Shown piece by piece: positions 52,242 through 64,000 of a stretch of 64,000 nt of DNA. The notes under the pieces are model-generated. The model did not search any database, was not told where the DNA came from, and was given only the letters and a program-made list of their open reading frames with translations. Position 1 is the first letter of the stretch, and the number at the start of each line of letters is the position of its first letter. A program made the translations under genes and the position numbers. Origin of the DNA: Verrucomicrobia bacterium SCGC AAA164-E04 (GTDB lineage Bacteria; Verrucomicrobiota; Verrucomicrobiia; Limisphaerales; AAA164-E04); assembly GCA_000383715.1 (NCBI GenBank), contig KB911950.1, positions 1,371 to 65,370 on the forward strand. The letters are read 5' to 3'.

Positions 52242-53210
52242 ATGGAAAATGCGGAAAAAAGAGAGCCTGAGGAAAGCTCAGCGGTGGATATATTCAAAGA
52301 AATATCCGTTTTGTTGAAAAGACTACCCCACAAAAGCGTGTTTCTGGTGGGAGCGATTGCCATGGCTTTCCTCTTTCATTTATTTGGTAATGCGACATTT
52401 GGATACGTGGACACCTCTTCGGCTTTTGAATGGGCCTACAACGCCTATAATGCCAAATATTCAGAAGACGGTCATGGAAATCTCATCCCTTTCGCTGTCT
52501 TAGTCCTTCTGATATGGAAACGCAAGGAGTTGGCAAGCCTCGAGTTTAAGGCATGGTGGCCCGGTCTTTCATTATTAGCGCTTGGGTTGGCATTGCATTT
52601 AGTGGGATACATCGCTCAGCAAACGCGTATTTCACTTTTAGGAATGTTTATTGCTTTTTATGGACTGATGGGTTTTTGTTGGGGGCTGGCGTGGCTCAGG
52701 GCCACGTTTTTTCCCTACATACTTTTTTTGTTTTGCGTGCCCATTGGCTCTTTGGCTCAGCCTATTACCTTCCCTTTGCGCGTATTGGTCTCTACTTTGG
52801 CGGCCGGGTTCAGCGATACTATCCTTCAGATTGATGTCGTCAGACAGGGGACATTGATTATGGATGTAAACGAAAAATTCACCTATGACGTTGCTGCAGC
52901 CTGTAGTGGTATTCGTAGTTTGATGACTTTGGTTCCCCTGACACTTGCGTTTGGTTTCATCGCCTACCAGGCCTGGTGGAAGCGGATTCTATTGATTTTG
53001 CTTTCTGTGCCTCTGGCCGTGGCTGGAAATACTCTCAGGATCGTCCTTGTGATCATTATAGGGGATGAATTCGGGCAGGATGCTGGTGCCTATTGGGAGC
53101 AGAAACTTGGTTTCGTGACTTTTCTGGTCGCCATATTCGGCATATTTGCACTGGATTACTGGTTCAAAGAGCCTGAAACCTCAGCAGAAACCAAAGGAGA
53201 CCTACAATGA
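52242..53210 (+). CDS. Exosortase (EpsH family)
   Basis: Multi-TM protein with GHGNLIP, PLR, VAAACSGIRS (Cys221) and NTLRI (Arg266). Confidence 0.9.
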   Translation: MENAEKREPEESSAVDIFKEISVLLKRLPHKSVFLVGAIAMAFLFHLFGNATFGYVDTSSAFEWAYNAYNAKYSEDGHGNLIPFAVLVLLIWKRKELASLEFKAWWPGLSLLALGLALHLVGYIAQQTRISLLGMFIAFYGLMGFCWGLAWLRATFFPYILFLFCVPIGSLAQPITFPLRVLVSTLAAGFSDTILQIDVVRQGTLIMDVNEKFTYDVAAACSGIRSLMTLVPLTLAFGFIAYQAWWKRILLILLSVPLAVAGNTLRIVLVIIIGDEFGQDAGAYWEQKLGFVTFLVAIFGIFALDYWFKEPETSAETKGDLQ

Positions 53211-53917
53211 AGAACCTGCTTATGCTCGTATTAGTGAGCGGATTGGTCGGTGGTGTTGGGGGATTTCTGAGCTATTGGAAATCTCACCAGCAAATGGGCA
53301 AACCAGGGGTGCAATTAGTAAAGGAATCCTCGGAGAAACTTCCTCCGGTCAAACTCCCGGACTGGGTGCTGGATTTGGTTGGCGAAGATCTGGAAGTAAC
53401 TGTGGTTGAAAAAGAAGCTCTTCCAGCAGATACAACGATTACGAAACGTCGTTACAAAAATGCTGATGGATTTTATATCGATATCATGGTGGTATTGATG
53501 GGGCTGGATCGCACCAGCATCCACAAACCCCAGTATTGTTTGACCGGGGCTGGTTTTCAAATAAAAGAAACTGAACCCGTAACTATTCGAATCACTCACC
53601 CGGAGGAATACGAGCTTCCTGCCATGAGATTGAAGTCGTCTAAAATGTTCAAAGGCGTCGAATACAGTGGCTTACTTTATTACTGGTTTGTTGATGAACA
53701 TCATGTAACCGAGGAGCACTATCAAAGGATGTGGCTGATGGCCAAGGATTTGTTCACTAAAGGCCAGATGCAGCGTTGGGCTTACGTTACCGTTTCCTCA
53801 TATTCAGTGCCAGGTAACGAGGAACCTACATACAAGAAAATGCGTGAATTCATCAAAGCAGCCATACCTGAATTTCAAATGACCATCCCTCAAAAAGATG
53901 ATTCTGAAAATGAATGA
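53207..53917 (+). CDS. Exosortase-associated EpsI family protein
   Basis: N-terminal TM, LPADT...RRY, DRTSIHKPQYCLTGAG, YYWF; overlaps the exosortase stop codon. Confidence 0.85.
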   Translation: MKNLLMLVLVSGLVGGVGGFLSYWKSHQQMGKPGVQLVKESSEKLPPVKLPDWVLDLVGEDLEVTVVEKEALPADTTITKRRYKNADGFYIDIMVVLMGLDRTSIHKPQYCLTGAGFQIKETEPVTIRITHPEEYELPAMRLKSSKMFKGVEYSGLLYYWFVDEHHVTEEHYQRMWLMAKDLFTKGQMQRWAYVTVSSYSVPGNEEPTYKKMREFIKAAIPEFQMTIPQKDDSENE

Positions 53918-54007
53918 TACTTGATTTTACTTGCAATTTTCCCCGCTGCAGCGCTCTTCTTTCAATGCCTAAGGATCTAACCATGGAGACTTTAATTTTA
54001 GCCTGAA

Positions 54008-55435
54008 ATGCTGAGAAGACAGCAGCAGATACGCAATCATATTCAGAGATTGCTTGATGCCGGCCTATTTGCAGTAGGGTTTTGGTTAGCGTACTGGCTC
54101 AGGACTAATGAAACCTTGCTGGGAGACCTTGGCTTGAAAATCCTGGGCATGTTCGGAGGCGCCAAGGATATCAGTGAAATTGAGCCCTTCAGTGAATTTC
54201 TGCCTTTCCTGTTCCTGACCGTTCCGCTCTCATTGGTTCTCCTTCAGGCACAAGGGTTTTACAGTCGCCCTCTTTTAGCGTCCCGCCGACTCACTGCTTG
54301 GCAGTTGTTCAAAGTGTGTATCCTAATCACTGTTTCGCTTATCATAATCGTCTTTTTTGCCAAGGCGCAGCTCGCTCGCGCGGTATTTATTCTCTTTGGT
54401 GCCTTCAGTTTTATTCTGGTCTTCATAAAGGAGGAGATCCTTCAGCGGTATTTGCTTCATGCTCTAGGGCAAGCTCGCTTGAGGCGCCGCATCATTGTCG
54501 TTGGGACTCCCAAGGATGTGGAGCAGGTCAGGAAAGATTTTCACCTTGAAAATGCCAGTGATATTGAAATTGTGGCTGAGGTGGATATCAATGATTCAAA
54601 CGTAAGTGCTTTTTTGGATGCCTTGCACAAATACTCCGCTAATGGAGTCTTACTGGCTACCAAACATACTTATTTCGGCCGGATTGAAAAAGTTATTCAG
54701 GCCTGCGAGTTGGAAGGTGTCGAAGTTTGGATGTTAGCCAATTTTTTCAATACACAAATTTCTCGAACGACCCTCGATGAGCTGTATGGGCGGCCTGTTG
54801 TTGTGTTTCGATCGACCCCCGATTTCTCATGGCAGGCAGTAGGGAAACAAGCCATCGATTTTGTGGGAGCTTTGTTCGCCATATTGCTTTTCAGTCCGAT
54901 TCTACTGTTTTGCATTTTAGCCATCAGGCTTACATCCAAGGGACCCGTTTTTTTTAAACAACAGCGCAGCGGGCTGAATGGGCGGCCTTTCACCATGTTT
55001 AAATTCAGGACCATGGTGACAGATGCTGAACAGCGCAAGGATGAGCTCCGTGCCTACAATGAAATGGCTGGGCCGGTATTTAAAGTCACTAATGACCCAC
55101 GTATTACGCCGATAGGTCAGTTCCTCAGGAATAGAAGTTTTGACGAATTGCCGCAGTTGTTTAACGTGATTCTTGGGGAAATGAGCCTGGTAGGCCCGCG
55201 TCCTTTACCGGTGGATGAGACCATGCAATTCGATGAATTGGCTCATCGTCGCCGATTGAGTGTCAAGCCAGGACTCACTTGCCTCTGGCAAATCAGTGGC
55301 AGAAATGAAGTGACCGATTTCAAAGAATGGGTCAGACTGGATCTTGAATATATTGACAACTGGTCCCTGTGGCTAGATATCAAGATCCTGCTCCGCACAA
55401 TACCGGTGGTCATCGGTGGAAACGGAGCTCGTTGA
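54008..55435 (+). CDS. Priming sugar transferase (undecaprenyl-phosphate glycosyl-1-phosphate transferase)
   Basis: KFRTM, DPRITPIG.FLR..FDELPQL.NV..GEMSLVGPRP, KPGLTCLWQISGR, LDLEYI. Confidence 0.93.
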   Translation: MLRRQQQIRNHIQRLLDAGLFAVGFWLAYWLRTNETLLGDLGLKILGMFGGAKDISEIEPFSEFLPFLFLTVPLSLVLLQAQGFYSRPLLASRRLTAWQLFKVCILITVSLIIIVFFAKAQLARAVFILFGAFSFILVFIKEEILQRYLLHALGQARLRRRIIVVGTPKDVEQVRKDFHLENASDIEIVAEVDINDSNVSAFLDALHKYSANGVLLATKHTYFGRIEKVIQACELEGVEVWMLANFFNTQISRTTLDELYGRPVVVFRSTPDFSWQAVGKQAIDFVGALFAILLFSPILLFCILAIRLTSKGPVFFKQQRSGLNGRPFTMFKFRTMVTDAEQRKDELRAYNEMAGPVFKVTNDPRITPIGQFLRNRSFDELPQLFNVILGEMSLVGPRPLPVDETMQFDELAHRRRLSVKPGLTCLWQISGRNEVTDFKEWVRLDLEYIDNWSLWLDIKILLRTIPVVIGGNGAR

Positions 55436-55589
55436 ACCTTTAGACAGTGAGGAATCAGTTTTTTTATTGAGCGGCTTTGCATATCGATGAGTCCAATTAA
55501 GAAGGATCCCATCGGTAGAACCCAAGGGTAATGAAAGAGTAGAAATACCGGAGAGATGAAGTGTTTGTTGGATAAAAATAAGAATTCTG

Positions 55590-55618
55590 TTGACCCTAGT
55601 GTCAAATTCCAATATTCA
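55590..55618 (+). promoter_or_regulatory. Candidate promoter for the pilM operon with an overlapping inverted repeat
   Basis: TTGACC-N17-TATTCA; TTGAC-N6-GTCAA palindrome over the -35. Confidence 0.45.
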
Positions 55619-55706
55619 CCTCCCCGACCTTCGCAATATGAGTTCCGGTGGCCTTGTGGCTTAACGGTTCTTTTGTTGCCCTGATAGACAGGAAAGATAA
55701 GAACAA

Positions 55707-57590
55707 ATGTTAAAATCGAAATCGTTTTTAAGCATCGATCTAGGCGCCGGATGCGTCAAAGTCGCTGAGTTCGATCAGACTGATGCAGGAAGTCTGGTGC
55801 TGAAGAAATTCGGCCAGCATCCTCTCGGGCTGCCCGGTGCGCAGGATGCTGTCCGCGAAGGTGTCGTCAAGAAGGCGCTTCAGTCTCTCATCAATGATCA
55901 GGGATTCAATGCCAAGAACATCAATGCCTGTGCTCCTGGTTATCAGGTGTTCTCAAAATTTGTAAAATTGCCTCCGGTTGATTCATCCAAAGTCACCCAG
56001 ATCATCCAATATGAGGCTCAACAGAATGTTCCTTTTCCTCTTGAGGAAGTTGTATGGGATTACCAAATCATGGGAACATCTCCAGGTGGCGAGTTGGAGG
56101 TTCTGCTTGTCGCGATCAAGACCGATTTGGTTGATAAAGTGTTCAAAGCTGCCGAGTCACACGGCATGGTCTTAAACCTGGTCGACGTATCGCAGGCTGC
56201 CATATGTAACGCTTTCCGCTATAATTACGGGGATCTGGAAGGCTGTACCATGTTGCTGGATATTGGTGCCAAATCGAGTAACTTGCTCTTCTTCGAAAAA
56301 GGTAAGATGTTCGCTCGCAGCATTAATATTGGCGCAAATTCGATTACACAGGAATTTTCTACAGAAGCTAAGATGCGCTTCCCTGATGCTGAAAAATTCA
56401 AAATTGAACAGGGATTTGTCAGTTTGGGGGGTGCCTATGAGGATCCCGATAACCCTCAGCAAGCCCAAATTTCGAAGATCGCCCGTCAGGTCATGACACG
56501 TTTGCACATACAGGTCAACCAGACAATGCAGTTCTATCGCACTCAGCAGGGTGGGTCCACACCAGACCGTTTGTTCCTTGCGGGAGGGGCTTCCATCATG
56601 CCTTACACGGCACAATTTTTTGCTGAAAAGCTCAATGTCGAAGTTGAGTATTTCAACCCTTTTCGCTCTATTGAAATCGATCCCTCTCTCAACCTGGAGG
56701 ATCTGGCTCGGGTTGCACACTCGTTTGGCGAGGTCGTAGGTCTCGGGTTGAGGAATGTGGTTCAGTGTCCTGTTGAACTGAATCTGATGCCCAAGTCTTC
56801 TTTGCAGCGTCAGGAGTTCAATCGAAAGAAGCCTTATCTGATATCCTCGGTTTTTGGTCTCGTGCTTGTAGTTGCAGCCATTGGGTTGTTTTATTCTCAA
56901 GTATTTGGTGAAAAACAGAAGGTAATGGACAGGCTCCAGACCATTGCAGCCCCGCTTCAGAATCTGGAAGGTCAATTGAAGCCGGAAGAATCAACTCTGG
57001 CTACTCAATTAGTCAAAGTTGAAGCGTTTGAGGGTCTTGTTCAACAACGGTTCTACTGGACAGACCTCCTGCAGGTGATTAGAGGTTCACTCCTCGAGGC
57101 GGAATCGGAAGCACAAAAACGCTTTTCTCTTGATGCAGGTCTATGGCTTGAAGCTTTGAAACCTGATAGTCCAGGCATAGATCTCACTGGTGCCCAGACA
57201 TTCGATGATTGGGATGACGATGAGGATGAGGCCAGCCCCATGATGGATATTGAGATGATGAAGCGATACGGGCTGCTTCCCATGGGAGACTCAGGTGGCG
57301 ACGATGATTGGGATGATGATGAAGAAGGTGCAACCTCTGATGAGGATAATGAGGACCTGATCACCAAGCTCACTTTAAGTTGTCGGGGGGTCAACCGAAG
57401 GGCAATAAATCCTAACGCAAATAACAGTTTGGCATTTACATTGCTTCAAAAATTGCAAACCCAGACCAATTATTTCAATGCGGATGATACTAAATTGATT
57501 GGTGAATTGGCCCAGGTAAGTGCTGAAGAAGGAACTTTCAAGTTTGAGATTTCCTTGAAACTAAAAGAACCTATTTCTCTTAAGGACTAA
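55707..57590 (+). CDS. pilM: Type IV pilus assembly PilM-PilN fusion (Amuc_1101-like)
   Basis: Actin-like motifs SIDLGAGCVK, YEAQQNVPFPLEEVVWDY, LLDIGAKSS, LAGGAS, NPF; then PilN-type LNLMP plus a TM helix and periplasmic domain. Confidence 0.88.
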   Translation: MLKSKSFLSIDLGAGCVKVAEFDQTDAGSLVLKKFGQHPLGLPGAQDAVREGVVKKALQSLINDQGFNAKNINACAPGYQVFSKFVKLPPVDSSKVTQIIQYEAQQNVPFPLEEVVWDYQIMGTSPGGELEVLLVAIKTDLVDKVFKAAESHGMVLNLVDVSQAAICNAFRYNYGDLEGCTMLLDIGAKSSNLLFFEKGKMFARSINIGANSITQEFSTEAKMRFPDAEKFKIEQGFVSLGGAYEDPDNPQQAQISKIARQVMTRLHIQVNQTMQFYRTQQGGSTPDRLFLAGGASIMPYTAQFFAEKLNVEVEYFNPFRSIEIDPSLNLEDLARVAHSFGEVVGLGLRNVVQCPVELNLMPKSSLQRQEFNRKKPYLISSVFGLVLVVAAIGLFYSQVFGEKQKVMDRLQTIAAPLQNLEGQLKPEESTLATQLVKVEAFEGLVQQRFYWTDLLQVIRGSLLEAESEAQKRFSLDAGLWLEALKPDSPGIDLTGAQTFDDWDDDEDEASPMMDIEMMKRYGLLPMGDSGGDDDWDDDEEGATSDEDNEDLITKLTLSCRGVNRRAINPNANNSLAFTLLQKLQTQTNYFNADDTKLIGELAQVSAEEGTFKFEISLKLKEPISLKD

Positions 57591-58747
57591 TGAACTGGAT
57601 CAAACAAAACGTGGGCTTGGTAGCAGGGTGTGTGATTGCCCTCGTCCTGATGTGTGTTGCGGGCTGGTACATGATGGCGCAAATCGACAAGGACAAAGGT
57701 ATAACGACCGAGCTGGATTCTCAGCGCCAGCTGGTAAAGAGTCTCTATACTCGTGACCCTCACCCCGGGACTGACAAAGTGGACAACATCAGTGCGGTCA
57801 AAAAAGAACAGGAAAGGGTTAGTGAGATGGCGTTGGGGCCTATGGGATCCTATTTTCCTGGGTTCGAGATACCGGCAGATATGTCGATTTCCGGGTTCAA
57901 GGAAATTCTGGAAAACACAGTCTATGAATTGCAAAGAGATGCCAGATACACAGGTATCAAACTTCCTTCTTCAGATCAGGGTAACTATGGTTTTTCCTTT
58001 GATGATATCAGACCCCGAATCGATCTTGAAGTAGATGCCTTGCGGCCTTTGACGTTCCAGCTCTATCAGGTCAGGGAACTATGTGATGTTCTTTTTGAAG
58101 CTAAAATTCATGGAATCAATGCTATCAAGCGTCTTCCTGTTAGTGATAATGATGCGGCAAGTGCTGGTACTAGCTCCATGGGTCTGATGGGGACCGCTTC
58201 GACCACTTCATCTTCCACTTCTACTGAAAACTACCTAGAAGATGTTGCGACGCAGGATCCCAACATTAATGCTATCATGATGCCTTATCAGATCAGTTTT
58301 CAATGCTTTAGTTCTGAGCTGGGGCGGGTGCTGGATGGATTTAATCATTCGAATCATTTTTTCAGAGTAAAATGGTTGGCAGTTGAGCAAGGCGAATCTA
58401 CCTCCTTGTCATCCATGGCTGGTTCCATGCGTGGCGCGGAAGGTTCAATGGAAGCAATGTATGGATTAGCGCCGACCGCCCCCGCTGCGAGCATGCAAGG
58501 CAGGTATGGCGGAGCAGGTGGAGCCGGCGGTCGATACGGTGCCGCTTCTCCCTATGGGGGAATGGGTCAAAACCAAAATGCTGGGCCTGAAATCAACATT
58601 TTGGAAGATCTTGATGAAAAACCCTTGACCGTCAACATGATGTTGGTTGGAATTGCTGTCTTTCCGGAAGAAGAGCTTGATTCTTTAATGCCTCTCGAAT
58701 CTGACGAAGAAGAGGACGACGGTGGCACGGGGGCTTACGGCTATTGA
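57590..58747 (+). CDS. Amuc_1100-like (PilO-like) protein
   Basis: MNWIKQN plus TM, coiled coil, YGFSFD, LTFQL..V..LCDVLF, PYQISFQCFSSELGRVL; lies between pilM and the secretin as in the Akkermansia cluster. Confidence 0.7.
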   Translation: MNWIKQNVGLVAGCVIALVLMCVAGWYMMAQIDKDKGITTELDSQRQLVKSLYTRDPHPGTDKVDNISAVKKEQERVSEMALGPMGSYFPGFEIPADMSISGFKEILENTVYELQRDARYTGIKLPSSDQGNYGFSFDDIRPRIDLEVDALRPLTFQLYQVRELCDVLFEAKIHGINAIKRLPVSDNDAASAGTSSMGLMGTASTTSSSTSTENYLEDVATQDPNINAIMMPYQISFQCFSSELGRVLDGFNHSNHFFRVKWLAVEQGESTSLSSMAGSMRGAEGSMEAMYGLAPTAPAASMQGRYGGAGGAGGRYGAASPYGGMGQNQNAGPEINILEDLDEKPLTVNMMLVGIAVFPEEELDSLMPLESDEEEDDGGTGAYGY

Positions 58748-58768
58748 GTCGGGTAGATTTTTAATAAA

Positions 58769-59563
58769 ATGGATTTTATAAAGAAACATTACGAAAAGAT
58801 CATTTTAGCAGTGGTCTTGTTGGGTTTGGCTGGGGCTGCGGCTTATCTGCCATTCCTTGTTTCCTCTATCCGAGTTGAGCTGGAGGAAAGCATTCGCCCG
58901 ACAAAAGCTAAGGAATTTCAACCTAAGGATTTGAGTGAGAAGATTGCTTTGTTGAATCGAGCTAAAAATCCTAAGTCTGCCATCATTGCAGGTCCTGAGC
59001 ATAATACGTTCAACCCCGTTGGTTGGATTGACAACAACGGCACTTTAGTCAAGGACCGGTTCTACGGACGCAAGGGGCCGAACGCGCTTAAAATTATTGA
59101 AACCAATCCCCTTTATCTTCGTATTTCATTCAACGCGGATAAGGAGATTAAAGCAGAAAATCCTCGTTACAGCTTCGCCGTCACTCGCGAGGCAGCCGAG
59201 AAAAAGAGTGAGCGTCGCAAAGTCACACGATTTGCTCGACTTCGTGATAAGAATGACATTTTCATTTTGAAAGAGGTTAAGGGGAACCCACTGAAGCCTG
59301 ACGGTTTTGTTTTGGAGCTTCTGGAGTCTAATCAGGCGATCACTGTAGAAGCCCTCCAGCCGTTCACTGAGGTGACTGGTTTCAAGGCCGACTTGGAATA
59401 TCCGGCAGCAAAACCCCGCAAATTCACCTCTCAGCGCAAAGGTGACAAAATTTCTATTGAAAAACGCAACTACAAGGTTGTATTCGTTTCCGAAACTGAA
59501 GTAGTTTTGTCCGACGAAAAGACTTCCAAGCACACGACGATAACCTCGGGATTGGTTCAGTAA
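58769..59563 (+). CDS. Amuc_1099-like (PilP-position) membrane-anchored protein
   Basis: MDFIKKHYEKIIL plus TM, HNTFNP motif, beta-rich C-terminus; synteny. Confidence 0.6.
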   Translation: MDFIKKHYEKIILAVVLLGLAGAAAYLPFLVSSIRVELEESIRPTKAKEFQPKDLSEKIALLNRAKNPKSAIIAGPEHNTFNPVGWIDNNGTLVKDRFYGRKGPNALKIIETNPLYLRISFNADKEIKAENPRYSFAVTREAAEKKSERRKVTRFARLRDKNDIFILKEVKGNPLKPDGFVLELLESNQAITVEALQPFTEVTGFKADLEYPAAKPRKFTSQRKGDKISIEKRNYKVVFVSETEVVLSDEKTSKHTTITSGLVQ

Positions 59564-59582
59564 TTAACATTCCGTTATTAAA

Positions 59583-62576
<2,994 letters not shown>

Positions 62577-62684
62577 TTCGTAAGATCAGGAATATTTATT
62601 CAGGATCAGGCATTAACACGAAACTTAAAGCTTACATCAATCTGGTATTCGTCACTCACTAATATGATTTGTTTCATGCAGCAT

Positions 62685-64000
62685 ATGAAAAGAAATATCA
62701 TCATTCTAACCATCATTTCGATTTGCCATTGTATCGATTCTACAAATATTTGTGCCTCGGATTTGGCTCGAAATGGAGATGAATTTCTGATCGGTGGAAA
62801 CATCCCCGGGGATCAATCCAATCAAAACCTGGCGATGAACAAGCTTGGTGGTTACATCACATGGAATGATCATCATGCTGACAACGACGGTTTAGGAATC
62901 AGTTTGCTGCGTGTTGACGAAAACGCCTCCAGCGTTTTCGAGCCCATCACAGTGAATGAAACCACTAGCGGAGATCAGCTTGATGCGCAGATCGTGCTCC
63001 TTTCCGATGTAGATTTGTCCGCGGTCGTTGTTTGGGAAAGCAATGGAGACATTTACACCAGATTTATTTCATCTGAAGGTGTTTTTCTCACAGGTGAATT
63101 ATTAGTCAATGAGACAACTGCCAACACACAAAACCGTCCCGTCGTGACTTCCCTCAGAAACGGTAATATCGTATTCGCCTGGTCCAGTCTGGATCAGGAC
63201 GGTAGCCATTACGGTGTATTTGCCAGAGTCTTCTCAGCAAAAGGGAATCCACAGTCAGGTGAGTTTGGTTTGTCGCAGGAAACCGATTACAATCAGAAAT
63301 CGTTATCCATTTCGGCCACCGAAAATGGTGGCTTTTATGCAGTCTGGGTTTCGGCACAACTGGCCGGAATATCCGACAGTGTAAGAAGAAACGGACGAAT
63401 CGATTTTTTCAGTGGGGGACGTCAATTTGATATTGTTCTCAAAGGTCGTCATTTTGACGCTGCTGGGAATGCGTCATCTGACGAGTCAGTTCTGTCCTCG
63501 AGCGATTCGATTTCAAGCAATCCCCATGTAATCAGTTCCGATGAAAGATCCTTGGGTTTGTTTTATTCATCAAAACCAAAAGGGAAAATTACAGATAACA
63601 ACTGGGATATTTATTATCAATCGATTGATGCAAGATCAGGTTCACCTAATGGTAAGCCAATGCTTGTCAACAGTATCGCCTACGGTGATCAATTTGCGCC
63701 CAGGGCATGTGCCACTGAAGGAGGCTTTTTTGTCACATGGACAAGTTTAGGTCATGATGGAGATGCATCTGGCATCTACGGTAAGAGCGTGAAAAAAGGA
63801 ATCCCCCTGAGCAAGGATCTCTTGATCAATACGACGACATCCGGTCGCCAATTTCTTGGTAATGTTGCCAGTGTCGATGATGAAAATCTTGTAGTGACAT
63901 GGAGTGGGTTTTCCTCCACCTCGAAATCATTGGAAGTGTTTGGTCAGAGATTCAAACCTTTAGCTGGAAGGGCCATACCCAGTCACGTGTATGGATTCGG
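62685..64000 (+). CDS. Secreted beta-propeller-like repeat protein, 3'-truncated (absent from the ORF track)
   Basis: Manual translation is open from ATG 62664/62685 (MKRNIIILTIIS...) to the window end. Repeats: VNETTSGDQ...VVVWES, VNETTANTQ..P...FAWSSLDQDGSHYGVFAR, VNSIAYGDQFAP...FVTWTSLGHDG..SGIYG, INTTTSGRQ...VVTWSG...VFGQRF. Confidence 0.8.
   Translation, partial: MKRNIIILTIISICHCIDSTNICASDLARNGDEFLIGGNIPGDQSNQNLAMNKLGGYITWNDHHADNDGLGISLLRVDENASSVFEPITVNETTSGDQLDAQIVLLSDVDLSAVVVWESNGDIYTRFISSEGVFLTGELLVNETTANTQNRPVVTSLRNGNIVFAWSSLDQDGSHYGVFARVFSAKGNPQSGEFGLSQETDYNQKSLSISATENGGFYAVWVSAQLAGISDSVRRNGRIDFFSGGRQFDIVLKGRHFDAAGNASSDESVLSSSDSISSNPHVISSDERSLGLFYSSKPKGKITDNNWDIYYQSIDARSGSPNGKPMLVNSIAYGDQFAPRACATEGGFFVTWTSLGHDGDASGIYGKSVKKGIPLSKDLLINTTTSGRQFLGNVASVDDENLVVTWSGFSSTSKSLEVFGQRFKPLAGRAIPSHVYGF

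Overview
Bacterial chromosomal window, most consistent with Verrucomicrobiota (probably subdivision 3, Pedosphaerales-like). This is inferred from the PVC-type EF-Tu switch I, an H-X9-DG prepilin-like protein, an Amuc_1098-1101-like cluster and an exosortase/EpsI pair. The centre (15.7-47.0 kb) is the ribosomal superoperon: tRNA-Thr, tuf, tRNA-Trp, tRNA-Ser, secE, nusG, rplKAJL, rpoBC, rpsLG, fusA, then the S10, spc and alpha blocks. It contains a +1 homopolymer frameshift in rplD, a strongly diverged IF-1, an S11 with a 33-bp tandem-repeat extension, and several structured spacers. It is flanked by two apparently paralogous secretin / PilM-PilN / PilO-like / PilP-like modules (5.4-12.4 kb with a GspE ATPase; 55.7-62.6 kb). 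The second secretin carries long Gly/Met-rich inserts at predicted channel-lining positions. It sits between an EPS/exosortase locus, whose exosortase lacks the usual catalytic His, and a secreted beta-propeller ORF that runs off the window. Other genes: TPR protein, DUF2203-like protein, nspC, an alpha/beta hydrolase, a polyprenyl synthase, guaB, a Tat-exported Gfo/Idh/MocA oxidoreductase, and a PQQ/cytochrome c dehydrogenase paired with a pseudopilin. No CRISPR array, rRNA or mobile element was seen. All family calls rest on manual motif recognition, not database searches.
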